Assembly (NCBI GenBank): GCA_036399015.1
Contig: DASWNW010000038.1
Location: 122,934 to 186,933, forward strand
Reading direction: 5' to 3'
Source of the DNA: Thermoanaerobaculia bacterium
GTDB lineage: Bacteria; Acidobacteriota; Thermoanaerobaculia; Gp7-AA8
DNA: 64,000 nucleotides
In this document: piece by piece, positions 40,242 to 50,520 of the stretch
Layout: each line of letters starts with the position of its first letter
How positions within the stretch are numbered: the first letter of the stretch is position 1
The notes under the pieces: model-generated
The model's input: the letters and a program-made list of their open reading frames with translations, nothing else
What the model was told of the DNA's origin: nothing
Database searches by the model: none
Program-made: the position numbers and the translations under genes

Positions 40242-43200
40242 TCAGCTCAACCGCATCCGGGTGACCGCGGCCGCCGCGAGCAGGCCCGCCAGGATCATCA
40301 GGCCCCACTCCGACGCCGTCGGGACCGCCGCGACGTGCGCCGAGGCGACGACCACCGACGCGCTGGAGGAGTTGTTGGACGTCACCGCCTCCGACTCGTC
40401 GCTGTCGACGGTGGCGACGTTCATCATCGTGCCCACGCCCATGGCGCGGCCGGTCATCGTGATCGTGATCGAAGCGCCGTTCAGCATCGTGCCGAGCGCG
40501 CACGTCACCGTCGTGGTTCCGCTGCACGTGCCCAGCGTCGACGTGACGCCGGTCAACTGGAAGTTCGCCGGCAGCGGGTCGTTGAGCACCACGTTCGTCG
40601 CGGTGTCGGGGCCGTTGTTGGTGACGACCAGCGTGAAGTTGAACGTGTCGCCGACCAGCATGCTGGTGAGGGAGGCCGACTTCACGATGCCCAGGTCGAC
40701 CACCGGTCCGCCGGCGTCGCCGCCGTTGCCGTCGTCGTCGGTGTTGTCGTCGACGTCGGGGTCGGGCTCGGTCGCAGTGACCGTGGCCACGTTGTCGAAC
40801 GCGCCGGCGGCGTCGATCGTCGCCGTGACCGTTATGGTGGTGCTCGCACCGACGGCAAGGCTGGCGATGGTGCACGGCAGCGCGGCGCAGCCGCTGCCGC
40901 TCACGCCGGTGATGGTGAGGTTCGTCGGCGTGTCGGTCACCTGGATGTTCGTCGCCGGGGACGGTCCGGCGTTCGCGACCACGAGCGTGTAAGTGAGCTC
41001 CTGGCCGAGGCCGAACGGTCCGGGGGTGACGAGGGTCTTGACCACCGAGACGTCGGCCGAGGGGCCGGTGAAGCCGCCGTTGTCGTCCTCGTCGTCGTTG
41101 TCCTCGCCGTCGGGGTCGGGCTCGGTGGCGGTGGCCGCGGCCACGTTGTCGAACGCGCCGGCGGCGTCGATGGTCGCCGTCACGGTGATGGTGGTGCTCG
41201 CTCCCATGGCGAGGCTGGCGATGGTGCACGGCAGCGCGGCGCAGCCGCTGCCGCTCACGCCGGTGATGGTGAGGTTCGTCGGCGTGTCGGTCACCTGGAT
41301 GTTCGTCGCCGCCGACGGTCCGGCGTTCGCGACCACGAGCGTGTACTGGATCGATTGACCGATGCTGAAGGGGCCGACGGTGATCAGCGTCTTCACCAGC
41401 GAAACGTCCGCCGAGGGGCCGGCGATGTCGCCGTCGTCATCGGTGTTGTCGTCCACGTCGGGGTCAGGCTCGGTCGCCGTCGCGGTCGCGGTGTTGCTGA
41501 ACGCGCCGGCGGCGTTGACTGTCGCCGTCACGTTGATGGTGGCGTTCGCGCCCATGGCGATGCTGGGGATGGTGCACGGCAGCGCCGCACAGCCGCTGCC
41601 GCTCACGCCGGTGATGGTCATGTTCGCCGGCGTGTCTGTCACGGTGACGCTCGTGGCGGTTGAGGGGCCGGCGTTCGCCACGATGAGGGTGTACTGGATC
41701 GCCTGACCGATGCTGAACGGGCCGGCGGTGATCAGTGTCTTCACCAGTGAGACATCCGCCGAGGGGCCGGCGATGTCGCCGTCGTCATCGGTGTTGTCGT
41801 CCACGTCGGGGTCAGGCTCGTTCGCCGTCGCGGTCGCGGTGTTGCTGAACGCGCCGGCGGCGTTGACGGTCGCCGTCACGTTGACGGTGGCGCTCGCGCC
41901 CATGGCGATGCTGGGGATGGTGCACGGCAGCGCGGCGCAGCCGCTGCCGCTGACGGCGGTGACGGTCATGTTCGACGGCGTGTCCGTCACCTCGACCGAC
42001 GTGGCCGTGGAGGGGCCGGCGTTCGCCACGACGAGCGTGTACTGGATCGACTGACCGACGCTGAAGGGGCCGGCGGTGATCAGCGTCTTCACCAGCGAAA
42101 CGTCCGCGGACGGACCAGCGATGTCGCCGTCGTCATCGGTGTTGTCGTCCACGTCGGGGTCAGGCTCGGTCGCCGTCGCGGTCGCGGTGTTGCTGAACGC
42201 GCCGGCGGCGTTGAGCGTCGCCGTGACGTTGATGGTCGCGTTCGCGCCCATGGCGATGCTGGGGATGGTGCACGGCAGCGCGGCACAGCCGCTGCCGCTG
42301 ACGCTGGTGATGGTCATGTTCGACGGCGTGTCCGTCACCTCGACCTTGGTGGCGACGGAGGGGCCGGCGTTGGCCACTACGAGCGTGTACTGGATCGACT
42401 GGCCGGGGATGAAGGGGCCGGCAGTGATCAGCGTCTTCACCAGCGAGACGTCGGCCGAGGGGCCGGCGATGTCGCCGTCGTCATCGGTGTTGTCGTCCAC
42501 GTCGGGGTCAGGCTCGTCCGCGGTCGCGGTGGCGGTGTTGCTGAACGCGCCAGCGGCGTTGACCGTCGCCGTGACGTTGATGGTGGCGCTCGCGCCCATG
42601 GCGATGCTGGGGATGGTGCACGGCAGCGCGGCGCAGCCGCTGCCGCTGACGGCGGTGATGGTCATGTTCGCCGGCACGTCGGTCACGGCGACGCTCGTGG
42701 CCGTGGAGGGGCCGGCGTTCGCCATGACGAGGGTGTACTGGATCGCCTGACCGATGCTGAACGGGCCGGCGGTGATCAGTGTCTTCACCAGTGAGACATC
42801 CGCCGAGGGGCCGGCGATGTCGCCGTCATCATCGGTGTTGTCGTCCACGTCAGGGTCAGGCTCGTCGGCTGTCGCGGTGGCGGTGTTGCTGAACGCGCCG
42901 GCGGCGTTGACGGTCGCCGTCACGTTGATGGTGGCGCTCGCTCCCATGGCGATGCTGGGGATGGTGCAGGGCAGCGCGGCGCAGCCGCTGCCGCTCACGC
43001 TGGTGATGGTCATGTTCGCCGGCACGTCCGTCACCTCGACCGACGTGGCCGTGGAGGGGCCGGCGTTCGACACGACGAGCGTGTACTGAATCGACTGACC
43101 GACGGTGAAGGGGGCGGCGGTGATGAGCGTCTTCACCAGCGAGACGTCGGCCGAGGGGCCGGCGATGCCGCCGTCGTCATCGGTGTTGTCGTCCACGTCG

Positions 43201-46200
43201 GGGTCAGGCTCGTCGGCGGTCGCGGTGGCGGTGTTGCTGAACGCGCCGGCGGCGTCGATCGTTGCCGTCACGTTGATGGTGGTGCTTGCTCCCATGGCAA
43301 GGCTGGGGATGGTGCACGGCAGCGCGGCACAGCCGCTGCCGCTGACGCTCGTGATGGTGAGGTTCGTGTCGGTGTCGGTCACCTCGACGTTCGTCGCGGT
43401 GGACAGGCCGGCGTTCGAGACGACGATCGTGAAGTTCACCGTGTCGCCGGTGGTGAACGGTCCGGCGGTGGTCAGCGTCTTCACGACCGAGACGTCGGCG
43501 AACGGACCGGCGATGCCGGTGTCGTCGTCGGTGTTGTTGTCAACGTCGGGATCCGGCTCGTCGGCAGTGGCCGTGGCGGTGTTGCCGAAAACGCCGTCCG
43601 CGTCGATGGTGCCGGTGACGGTGATGGTCGTATCCGCGCCGGCGGCGATGCTCGCGATGGTGCAAGGCAAGGCGGCGCAGCCGCTGCCGCTGACGGTGGC
43701 GATCGTGAAGTTCGACGGGGTGTCCGTCACCTCCACGTTCGTCGCGGACGACAGCCCGTCATTCGCCACCAGGATCGAGAACGTCACTTCGTCGCCGACG
43801 CTGTACGGGCCGGCCGTGGTGAGCGTCTTCACGACCGAGACGTCCGCAAACGGGCCGGCGATGCCGGTGTCGTCGTCGGTGTTGTCGTCCGGGTCGGGAT
43901 CCGGCTCGTCCGCCGTGGCCGTCGCGGAGTTCTCGAAGAGACCGTCCGCGCCGATGGTGCCGGTGACGGTGACGGTCGTATTCGCATTGACGGCGAGCGT
44001 TGGGATCGTGCAGGGCAAGGCCGTGCAGCCGCTGCCGGCGACGCTGGTGATGGTGAAGTTGGCCGGCGTATCCGTCACGTCGATCGAAGTGGCCGGCGAC
44101 GGACCGGCGTTCGCGACCAGGATCGAGAAGCTGACCGTGTCGCCGACGCTGTGCGGCCCGGCGGTGGTGAGCGTCTTCACGACCGAGACGTCGGCCGAGG
44201 GTCCGGCGATGTCGCCGTCGTCGTCGGTGTTGTTGCCGGGCGTGGGGTCGGGCTGGTCGCCGTCGGCCGTGGCCTCGTTTTCAAACGCGCCGGCCGCGTC
44301 GATGGTGGCGGTGACGGTGATGGTCGTGTCGGCGTCGTCCGACAGCGCCGCGATCGTGCAGGGCAGTGCGGCGCAGCCGCTGCCACTCACGCCGGTAATG
44401 GTCAGGTTCGTGTCGACGTCCGTCACCTGGATGTTGGTGGCCGTGGACGGGCCGTCGTTCCTGACCACGATGTTGAAAGTCACCGTGTCGCCCACGGTGT
44501 AGGGGCCGGCGGTGGTCAGGGTCTTCGTCAGCGAGACGTCAGCCGAGACCGCGGTGTCCCCGTCATCGTCGGTGTTGTTGCCGGGCGTCGGGTCCGGCTG
44601 GTCGCCGTCGGCCGTGGCCTCGTTCTCGAACGGTCCGGCCGCGTCGATGGTCGCGGTGACGCTGATGGTGGTCTCGGTGTCGTCCGAGAGCGCCGCGATC
44701 GTGCAGGGCAACGCCGCGCAGCCGCTGCCGCTCACGCCGGTGATGGTCAGGTTCGTGTCGACGTCCGTCACCTGGATGTTCGTGGCCGTGGACGGGCCGT
44801 CGTTCCGGACCACGATATCGAAGGTCACCGTGTCGCCCGCTTCGAAGGGACCGGTGGTGGTGAGGGTCTTGGTGAGGGACACGTCGGCCGAGTCGGCGGT
44901 GCCGCCGTCGTCGTCGGTGTTGTTGCCAGGGGTCGGGTCCGGCTGGTCGCCGTCGGCCGTGGCCTCGTTTTCAAACGCACCGGCCGCGTCGATGGTGGCG
45001 GTGACGCTGATCGTGGTCTCGGTGTCGTCCGACAGCGCCGCGATCGTGCAGGGCAGTGCCGCGCAGCCGCTGCCGCTGACGCCGGTGATGGTGAGGTTCG
45101 TGTCGACGTCGGTCACCTGGATGTTGGTGGCCGTGGACGGGCCGTCGTTCCTGACCACGATGTTGAAAGTCACCGTGTCGCCCGCCTCGAAGGGACCGGT
45201 GGTGGTGAGCGTCTTGGTGAGGGACACGTCGGCCGAGTCGGCGGTGTCGCCGTCGTCGTCGGTGTTGTTGCCGGGGGTCGGGTCCGGCTGGTCGCCGTCG
45301 GCGGTGGCTTCGTTCGAGAAGGCTCCCGCCGCGTCGATCGTCGCCGTGACGCTGATGGTGGTCTCGGTGTCGTCCGACAGCGCCGCGATCGTGCAGGGCA
45401 GTGCGGCGCAGCCGCTGCCACTCACGCCGGTGATGGTCAGGTTCGTATCGACGTCCGTCACCTGGATGTTGGTGGCCGTGGACGGGCCGTCGTTCCTGAC
45501 CACGATGTCGAAGGTCACCGTGTCGCCCACGGTGTAGGGGCCGGCGGTGGTCAGGGTCTTCGTCAGCGAGACGTCAGCCGAGACCGCGGTGTCCCCGTCG
45601 TCGTCGGTGTTGTTGCCGGGCGTGGGGTCCGGCTGGTCGCCGTCGGCCGTGGCTTCATTCGAGAAGGCTCCGGCCGCGTCGATCGTCGCGGTGACGGTGA
45701 TGGTCGTCTCGGCGTCGTCTGCCAGCGCCGCGATCGTGCAGGGCAGTGCCGCGCAGCCGCTGCCGCTCACGCCGGTGATGGTCAGGTTCGTGTCGACGTC
45801 GGTCACCTGAACGTTCGTGGCCGTGGACGGGCCGTCGTTTCTGACCACGATGTTGAAAGTCACCGTGTCGCCCGCCTCGAAGGGACCGGTGGTGGTGAGC
45901 GTCTTGGTGAGGGACACGTCGGCCGAGTCGGCGGTGTCGCCGTCGTCGTCGGTGTTGTTGCCGGGCGTCGGGTCCGGCTGGTCGCCGTCGGCCGTGGCTT
46001 CATTCGAGAAGGCTCCGGCCGCGTCGATGGTGGCGGTGACGGTGATGGTGGTCTCGGCGTCGTCCGACAGCGCCGCGATCGTGCAGGGCAGTGCCGCGCA
46101 GCCGCTGCCACTCACGCCGGTAATGGTCAGGTTCGTGTCGACGTCCGTCACCTGGATGTTGGTGGCCGTGGACGGGCCGTCGTTCCTGACCACGATGTTG

Positions 46201-49200
46201 AAAGTCACCGTGTCGCCCGCCTCGAAGGGGCCGGTGGTGGTGAGCGTCTTGGTGAGGGACACGTCAGCCGAGTCGGCGGTGTCGCCGTCGTCGTCGGTGT
46301 TGTTGCCGGGCGTGGGGTCGGGCTGGTCGCCGTCGGCCGTGGCCTCGTTTTCAAACGCCCCGGCCGCGTCGATGGTCGCGGTGACGCTGATGGTGGTCTC
46401 GGCGTCGTCCGACAGCGCCGCGATCGTGCAGGGCAGAGCCGCGCAGCCGCTGCCGCTGACGCCGGTGATGGTCAGGTTCGTGTCGACGTCGGTGACCTGA
46501 ACGTTGGTGGCCGTGGACGGGCCGTCGTTCCTGACCACGATGTTGAAAGTCACCGTGTCGCCCGCCTCGAAGGGACCGGTGGTGGTCAGGGTCTTCGTCA
46601 GCGAGACATCGGCCGAGGCGTCGGCGGTGTTGCCGTCGCTGCCGGTGTTGTTGCCGGGCGTCGGGTCCGGCTGGTCGCCGTCGGCGGTGGCCTCGTTTTC
46701 AAACGCGCCGGCCGCGTCGATGGTCGCGGTGACGCTGATGGTGGTCTCGGCGTCGTCCGACAGCGCCGCGATCGTGCAGGGCAGCGCCGCGCAGCCGCTG
46801 CCGCTTACGCCGGTGATGGTGAGGTTCGTGTCGACGTCCGTCACCTGGATGTTCGTGGCCGTCGACGGGCCGTCGTTTCTGACCACGATGTTGAAAGTCA
46901 CCGTGTCGCCGACGGTGTAGGGACCGGCGGTGGTCAGGGTCTTCGTCAGCGACACGTCGGCCGAGGAGGTGCTGAAGACGGTCTCGCTGTCGCTGTTCGA
47001 GGTGACGCCGTCCGCCGTGGCGGTGGCGGTGTTGGTGACGAAGCCGACCGTGACGTCGGCGGCGGTGGCGAGGTACGCGCCGGTGCAGGTCACCGCCTCG
47101 CCGGTCTCGAGGAAGTTGTCGGAGTCGCCGGCGGTGGTCACTGCCGCGCAGGAGACCGACGCGATCTTGTCGTCGGTGACGGCGACCGGTCCCTCGAGCG
47201 GCGCGACGCCGCTGTTGCTGACCTGGTAGGTGTAGTCGATCTGGTCGCCGGCGCTCGTGAAGGTGTCGGTGGAGGACTTGACGAGCGTGAGCTCGGTGGT
47301 GGCGTAGGTCGCGCTGGAAGGACCCGACGTGACGGGAGTGGCGCCGAACATCGCCTCCGCCGTCGCGGTGTTGACCTGCTCCTCGAGGGTCACCAGCACC
47401 GGGCCGGTGACGCAGGTGACGATGTGGTCGTCGTCGTTCGCGTCGGCGACCGGCAGGGTGACGCCGGAGAACGACGCGTTGCAGGTGGCGACGCTCAGCT
47501 TGTCGTCCTCGATCTCGACCGAGTCGAGCGGCACGTCGCCCGTGTTCTCCACCGTGAAGCGGTAGTGGACGGAGTCGCCGGCGGAGACGGCGGCGAAAGA
47601 GGACCAGGGGCCGGTGGCGCTGGTGCCGACCTGTTTGAGGAGGGCGATGCCGGGGTTCGGCGGATTGACCTGCAGCGAGTCGCTGGCCGTGTTCCCGTTC
47701 ACCGTGGCCGCGTTGACGACGTGCGAGACGTTGCCGCTGGTGTTGTTGTACGTGCCGGCGGTGGGCGCCGTCACGTCGACCGTGACGGTGCAGGTGCCGC
47801 CCGCGGCGATGGTGCCGCCGGAGAAGGAGATCGAGCCGGAGCCGGCCGACGGCGAGAACGTCGGAGCGCCGCAGCCGCTGATCGACGCGTTCGGAACGGG
47901 CGCCACCTTCATCGCGCCGGGCGCCACCGGGAAGGTGTCGGAGAAGGCGACGCCGGAGAGGGCGTTGTCCTGGTTCGGATTGGAGAGGGTGAAGGTGAGC
48001 GTCGACGTGCCGCCGGGGAGGACCGGCGACGGCGCGAACTGCTTGGCGATGACGGGCGGGAGGACGGCCGTGAGGGTGTCGGTGGCGACGCTGTCGCTGG
48101 CGGTGCCGCTCTCGGTCGTGACGAGGAAGCCGCTGACGTTCCCGTGCGGACCGGCGGTGGTGGCGGTCACGTTCACCGTGACCGTGCAGGAGCCGTTCGC
48201 CGGGATGGTCGCGCCGGTGGTCTGACCGAAATTGAGCGTCGTCGCACCGGCCGTGGGGGCCCACGACGGCGAGCCGCCGCAGGTCGTGCTCGCGGCCGGC
48301 GTGGCCGCGACCTGGACGCCCGTGGGAAGGGAGTCGGTGAACTTGGCGCCGGTGAGCTGCACGCTGTTCGAGTTCGTGAGGGTGAACGTGAGCGTCGACG
48401 TGCCGTTCACCGCGATCGGGTCGGGAGAGAACGACTTGCTGAGGATCGGGTCGATGGCCGTCGCGCAGGCGGTGAAGAGCACGTTGTCGATGCTGAGGTC
48501 GGCGCCGGGGGCGGTGTTGTTGGCGGCGTACCCGTAGATCCGGAAGAACGTCGGCCCCGAGGGATTGAGGCCGGTGGTGAAGGTGTGGCTGAAGTTCACC
48601 CACGTGGTGGCGGCCGGCAGCGCGTTACTGCCGGCGTCGAACGCCTGCGTGCCCGGCGGCGTCGCCGACGTGCTGGAGAAGACCGCGATACCGCGCGCGC
48701 CGTTGTTGGTGCGGAACGCGTCGAAGCTCATCGACACCGAGATCAGCCCGGTCGTGTCGATTGCGAACTCGAAGTAGTCGTTGTTGATCGTGTCGAGCGT
48801 CGCGCTGGTGGCGATGCCGCCGTTCGACCGCCACGAGATCGTGCCGGCGGGCGAGCCGGTGTTGTCGGCGGTACCGGTCTGCGAGGTGATCCCTGCGCCC
48901 GGCGACGCGCTGGCGGTGACGTTCGCGACGGTCGGCGCGGGCGAGGCGGTGTTGAAGCCGGAGGCGAAGAGCCACTGCGCCAGCGTCGTGCCGCAGATGC
49001 CGGCTCCCGGCGTGTCGGTATTCACGGTGAGCGAGGCGCTGGCGTCGTCGCCGGTGTCGATCGTCCCGACGAAGAGGTTCTCGGTCGTGTTGTTGAACGT
49101 GCCGGTCGCCGTGGGAGTGACGTTGACGGTGAAGACGCAGTTGCTGTTGGCGGCGAGCGTGCCGTTCGAGAAGCTGATGGTGCCGGACCCGGCGGTCGCG

Positions 49201-50351
49201 GAGACGGTCGGCGTGCCGCAGCCGCTCGTCGAGACGGCGGGAGTGCTCGCCACCTCGAGGTTGGCGGGGAGGTTGTCGACGAAGTTGTAGCCGCCGAGCG
49301 TGCCGCCGTTCGGGTTCGTGAGCGTGAAGGTGAGCACCGCGACGCCGTCCACCTGCGCCGGGTTGGGGTTGAAGCTCTTGCTGATCGTCGCGCTGGCGGG
49401 ATCGATGATGTGGGCGATGCGGGCGCCGGTGCCGAAGTCGGCGTTGTAGTGGTAGCTGCTGCCCGAGAAGTCGTAGAGGAGGGTGGTCAGCGCCTCGCTG
49501 GTGCCGCCGCCGGCGACGATCTTGATGGTGTAGGTGGTGACGACGTCCTGGCCGCCGGACTTGAAGTCGCCGCCGACGCATTCGCGGTACGTCGGGCTGT
49601 TCGGATCGTTGTCCCAGCCGCAGGCGTCGGCGTAGAGCTGGTCGTGCAGGGCGGGAGCGGGACCGCCGACGTTCGGCGAGTCGTTGGCCGAGTAGGAGGT
49701 CTCGACGTCGAGGATCTGGAAGATGGTGTTCGGGAAGTTGATGAACGCCTCGAACTGGTTGTAGCCCTGCGTCGCGGTGCCGCCGAGGAGCTGGATGGTG
49801 TAGGTGTTGCCGACCACGAGCGACATCGCGCCGCCCGGTGCGACCGACTCGAGGTTCAGCGGGTCGAGCCCGTACTTGACGTCGGTCACAGCGTTACGGC
49901 TCTGGGAGATGAGGTGCTCGACGTAGACCTCGCGCGGCGTGGTCGTGGAGACGTTCCCCGAGGCGTCGGTGGCGGTGATGTGGTAGCGGCGGGTGGTGTC
50001 GAACGCCGCCGGATCCTTGTCGATCTCCACCTCGAAATAGGCGTCGGCGCAGCCGCCGGCGGGGATCGAGGCGATCGTGACGGCGTCGAGGGATCCGGGC
50101 CGGAGATCGACGAAGGAGTTGGGCGTGTCCCACTCGAACTCGACGAGGACGTTGGTCGTCGCCACGGTGCTGCAGACGCGCGCACCGATGGGAAAGCGGT
50201 TCGGGCCGCTCGCAACGTCATTGCTGTCGAGGCCGATGACGTTCCAGGTGATCGGCTCGATCGTCAGGCTCGCCGACGCCGCGAAAAGCGGCACGGTGCC
50301 GAGCAGGACAATCAATGAAAAGAGACGCCGAGCCACGCTGCGTGCAGGCAT
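40242..50351 (-). CDS. Giant (3369 aa) secreted cell-surface protein. About 20 tandem DUF11-like (conserved repeat domain) repeats fill the C-terminal two thirds. The C-terminal tail is IPTL-CTERM-like (VPTASEWGLMILAGLLAAAAVTRMRLS).
   Basis: A signal peptide (MPARSVARRLFSLIVLLGTVPLFAASA) is present. The repeat unit is about 110 aa (...VSLTKTLTT.GP...GDTVTFNIVV.NDGPSTATN..VTD...NLTIT.VSGSGCAALPCTIA...ITVTATIDAAGAF.N.ATA..D.PDP...NNTDDDG..), with near-identical DNA copies about 335 bp long. The C-terminal motif is followed by a TM helix and a basic tail. Confidence 0.85.
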   Translation of the reverse strand: MPARSVARRLFSLIVLLGTVPLFAASASLTIEPITWNVIGLDSNDVASGPNRFPIGARVCSTVATTNVLVEFEWDTPNSFVDLRPGSLDAVTIASIPAGGCADAYFEVEIDKDPAAFDTTRRYHITATDASGNVSTTTPREVYVEHLISQSRNAVTDVKYGLDPLNLESVAPGGAMSLVVGNTYTIQLLGGTATQGYNQFEAFINFPNTIFQILDVETSYSANDSPNVGGPAPALHDQLYADACGWDNDPNSPTYRECVGGDFKSGGQDVVTTYTIKIVAGGGTSEALTTLLYDFSGSSYHYNADFGTGARIAHIIDPASATISKSFNPNPAQVDGVAVLTFTLTNPNGGTLGGYNFVDNLPANLEVASTPAVSTSGCGTPTVSATAGSGTISFSNGTLAANSNCVFTVNVTPTATGTFNNTTENLFVGTIDTGDDASASLTVNTDTPGAGICGTTLAQWLFASGFNTASPAPTVANVTASASPGAGITSQTGTADNTGSPAGTISWRSNGGIATSATLDTINNDYFEFAIDTTGLISVSMSFDAFRTNNGARGIAVFSSTSATPPGTQAFDAGSNALPAATTWVNFSHTFTTGLNPSGPTFFRIYGYAANNTAPGADLSIDNVLFTACATAIDPILSKSFSPDPIAVNGTSTLTFTLTNSNSVQLTGAKFTDSLPTGVQVAATPAASTTCGGSPSWAPTAGATTLNFGQTTGATIPANGSCTVTVNVTATTAGPHGNVSGFLVTTESGTASDSVATDTLTAVLPPVIAKQFAPSPVLPGGTSTLTFTLSNPNQDNALSGVAFSDTFPVAPGAMKVAPVPNASISGCGAPTFSPSAGSGSISFSGGTIAAGGTCTVTVDVTAPTAGTYNNTSGNVSHVVNAATVNGNTASDSLQVNPPNPGIALLKQVGTSATGPWSSFAAVSAGDSVHYRFTVENTGDVPLDSVEIEDDKLSVATCNASFSGVTLPVADANDDDHIVTCVTGPVLVTLEEQVNTATAEAMFGATPVTSGPSSATYATTELTLVKSSTDTFTSAGDQIDYTYQVSNSGVAPLEGPVAVTDDKIASVSCAAVTTAGDSDNFLETGEAVTCTGAYLATAADVTVGFVTNTATATADGVTSNSDSETVFSTSSADVSLTKTLTTAGPYTVGDTVTFNIVVRNDGPSTATNIQVTDVDTNLTITGVSGSGCAALPCTIAALSDDAETTISVTATIDAAGAFENEATADGDQPDPTPGNNTGSDGNTADASADVSLTKTLTTTGPFEAGDTVTFNIVVRNDGPSTATNVQVTDVDTNLTITGVSGSGCAALPCTIAALSDDAETTISVTATIDAAGAFENEATADGDQPDPTPGNNTDDDGDTADSADVSLTKTLTTTGPFEAGDTVTFNIVVRNDGPSTATNIQVTDVDTNLTITGVSGSGCAALPCTIAALSDDAETTITVTATIDAAGAFSNEATADGDQPDPTPGNNTDDDGDTADSADVSLTKTLTTTGPFEAGDTVTFNIVVRNDGPSTATNVQVTDVDTNLTITGVSGSGCAALPCTIAALADDAETTITVTATIDAAGAFSNEATADGDQPDPTPGNNTDDDGDTAVSADVSLTKTLTTAGPYTVGDTVTFDIVVRNDGPSTATNIQVTDVDTNLTITGVSGSGCAALPCTIAALSDDTETTISVTATIDAAGAFSNEATADGDQPDPTPGNNTDDDGDTADSADVSLTKTLTTTGPFEAGDTVTFNIVVRNDGPSTATNIQVTDVDTNLTITGVSGSGCAALPCTIAALSDDTETTISVTATIDAAGAFENEATADGDQPDPTPGNNTDDDGGTADSADVSLTKTLTTTGPFEAGDTVTFDIVVRNDGPSTATNIQVTDVDTNLTITGVSGSGCAALPCTIAALSDDTETTISVTATIDAAGPFENEATADGDQPDPTPGNNTDDDGDTAVSADVSLTKTLTTAGPYTVGDTVTFNIVVRNDGPSTATNIQVTDVDTNLTITGVSGSGCAALPCTIAALSDDADTTITVTATIDAAGAFENEATADGDQPDPTPGNNTDDDGDIAGPSADVSVVKTLTTAGPHSVGDTVSFSILVANAGPSPATSIDVTDTPANFTITSVAGSGCTALPCTIPTLAVNANTTVTVTGTIGADGLFENSATATADEPDPDPDDNTDDDTGIAGPFADVSVVKTLTTAGPYSVGDEVTFSILVANDGLSSATNVEVTDTPSNFTIATVSGSGCAALPCTIASIAAGADTTITVTGTIDADGVFGNTATATADEPDPDVDNNTDDDTGIAGPFADVSVVKTLTTAGPFTTGDTVNFTIVVSNAGLSTATNVEVTDTDTNLTITSVSGSGCAALPCTIPSLAMGASTTINVTATIDAAGAFSNTATATADEPDPDVDDNTDDDGGIAGPSADVSLVKTLITAAPFTVGQSIQYTLVVSNAGPSTATSVEVTDVPANMTITSVSGSGCAALPCTIPSIAMGASATINVTATVNAAGAFSNTATATADEPDPDVDDNTDDDGDIAGPSADVSLVKTLITAGPFSIGQAIQYTLVMANAGPSTATSVAVTDVPANMTITAVSGSGCAALPCTIPSIAMGASATINVTATVNAAGAFSNTATATADEPDPDVDDNTDDDGDIAGPSADVSLVKTLITAGPFIPGQSIQYTLVVANAGPSVATKVEVTDTPSNMTITSVSGSGCAALPCTIPSIAMGANATINVTATLNAAGAFSNTATATATEPDPDVDDNTDDDGDIAGPSADVSLVKTLITAGPFSVGQSIQYTLVVANAGPSTATSVEVTDTPSNMTVTAVSGSGCAALPCTIPSIAMGASATVNVTATVNAAGAFSNTATATANEPDPDVDDNTDDDGDIAGPSADVSLVKTLITAGPFSIGQAIQYTLIVANAGPSTATSVTVTDTPANMTITGVSGSGCAALPCTIPSIAMGANATINVTATVNAAGAFSNTATATATEPDPDVDDNTDDDGDIAGPSADVSLVKTLITVGPFSIGQSIQYTLVVANAGPSAATNIQVTDTPTNLTITGVSGSGCAALPCTIASLAMGASTTITVTATIDAAGAFDNVAAATATEPDPDGEDNDDEDDNGGFTGPSADVSVVKTLVTPGPFGLGQELTYTLVVANAGPSPATNIQVTDTPTNLTITGVSGSGCAALPCTIASLAVGASTTITVTATIDAAGAFDNVATVTATEPDPDVDDNTDDDGNGGDAGGPVVDLGIVKSASLTSMLVGDTFNFTLVVTNNGPDTATNVVLNDPLPANFQLTGVTSTLGTCSGTTTVTCALGTMLNGASITITMTGRAMGVGTMMNVATVDSDESEAVTSNNSSSASVVVASAHVAAVPTASEWGLMILAGLLAAAAVTRMRLS
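40330..46950. repeat. About 20 tandem coding repeats of about 312-348 bp inside the giant gene. Many are more than 90% identical at the DNA level.
   Basis: The periodicity is visible in the plus-strand ORF track. For example, 41362-41706 and 41710-42054 are near-identical, and three repeats sit within 44512-45537. Confidence 0.8.
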
Positions 50352-50520
50352 TAAGTGTCCTCGCTGGAGTTATTTACGTACTCAATTGGACCGGTACGTG
50401 GCCTGATCGTAGCCGGACGGGACAAAAAGCGTGAGAGAAATTCGTCAGAAGTACGCGAAATCCCACTCACGACCGATGACTTTCAACGCCCTCCGCCGTC
50501 CATGAATGAGGAGGAAAGAC

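Noticed and set aside
40330-46950. Possible CRISPR or satellite from the about 335-bp periodicity.
   Set aside because: The repeats are in-frame coding units of a single ORF (DUF11-like domains), not repeat-spacer structure.
44151-50318. 2055-aa plus-strand ORF and many shorter plus-strand ORFs between 40261 and 49290.
   Set aside because: They are antisense to the giant DUF11 repeat gene. Their periodicity only mirrors the coding repeats on the minus strand.
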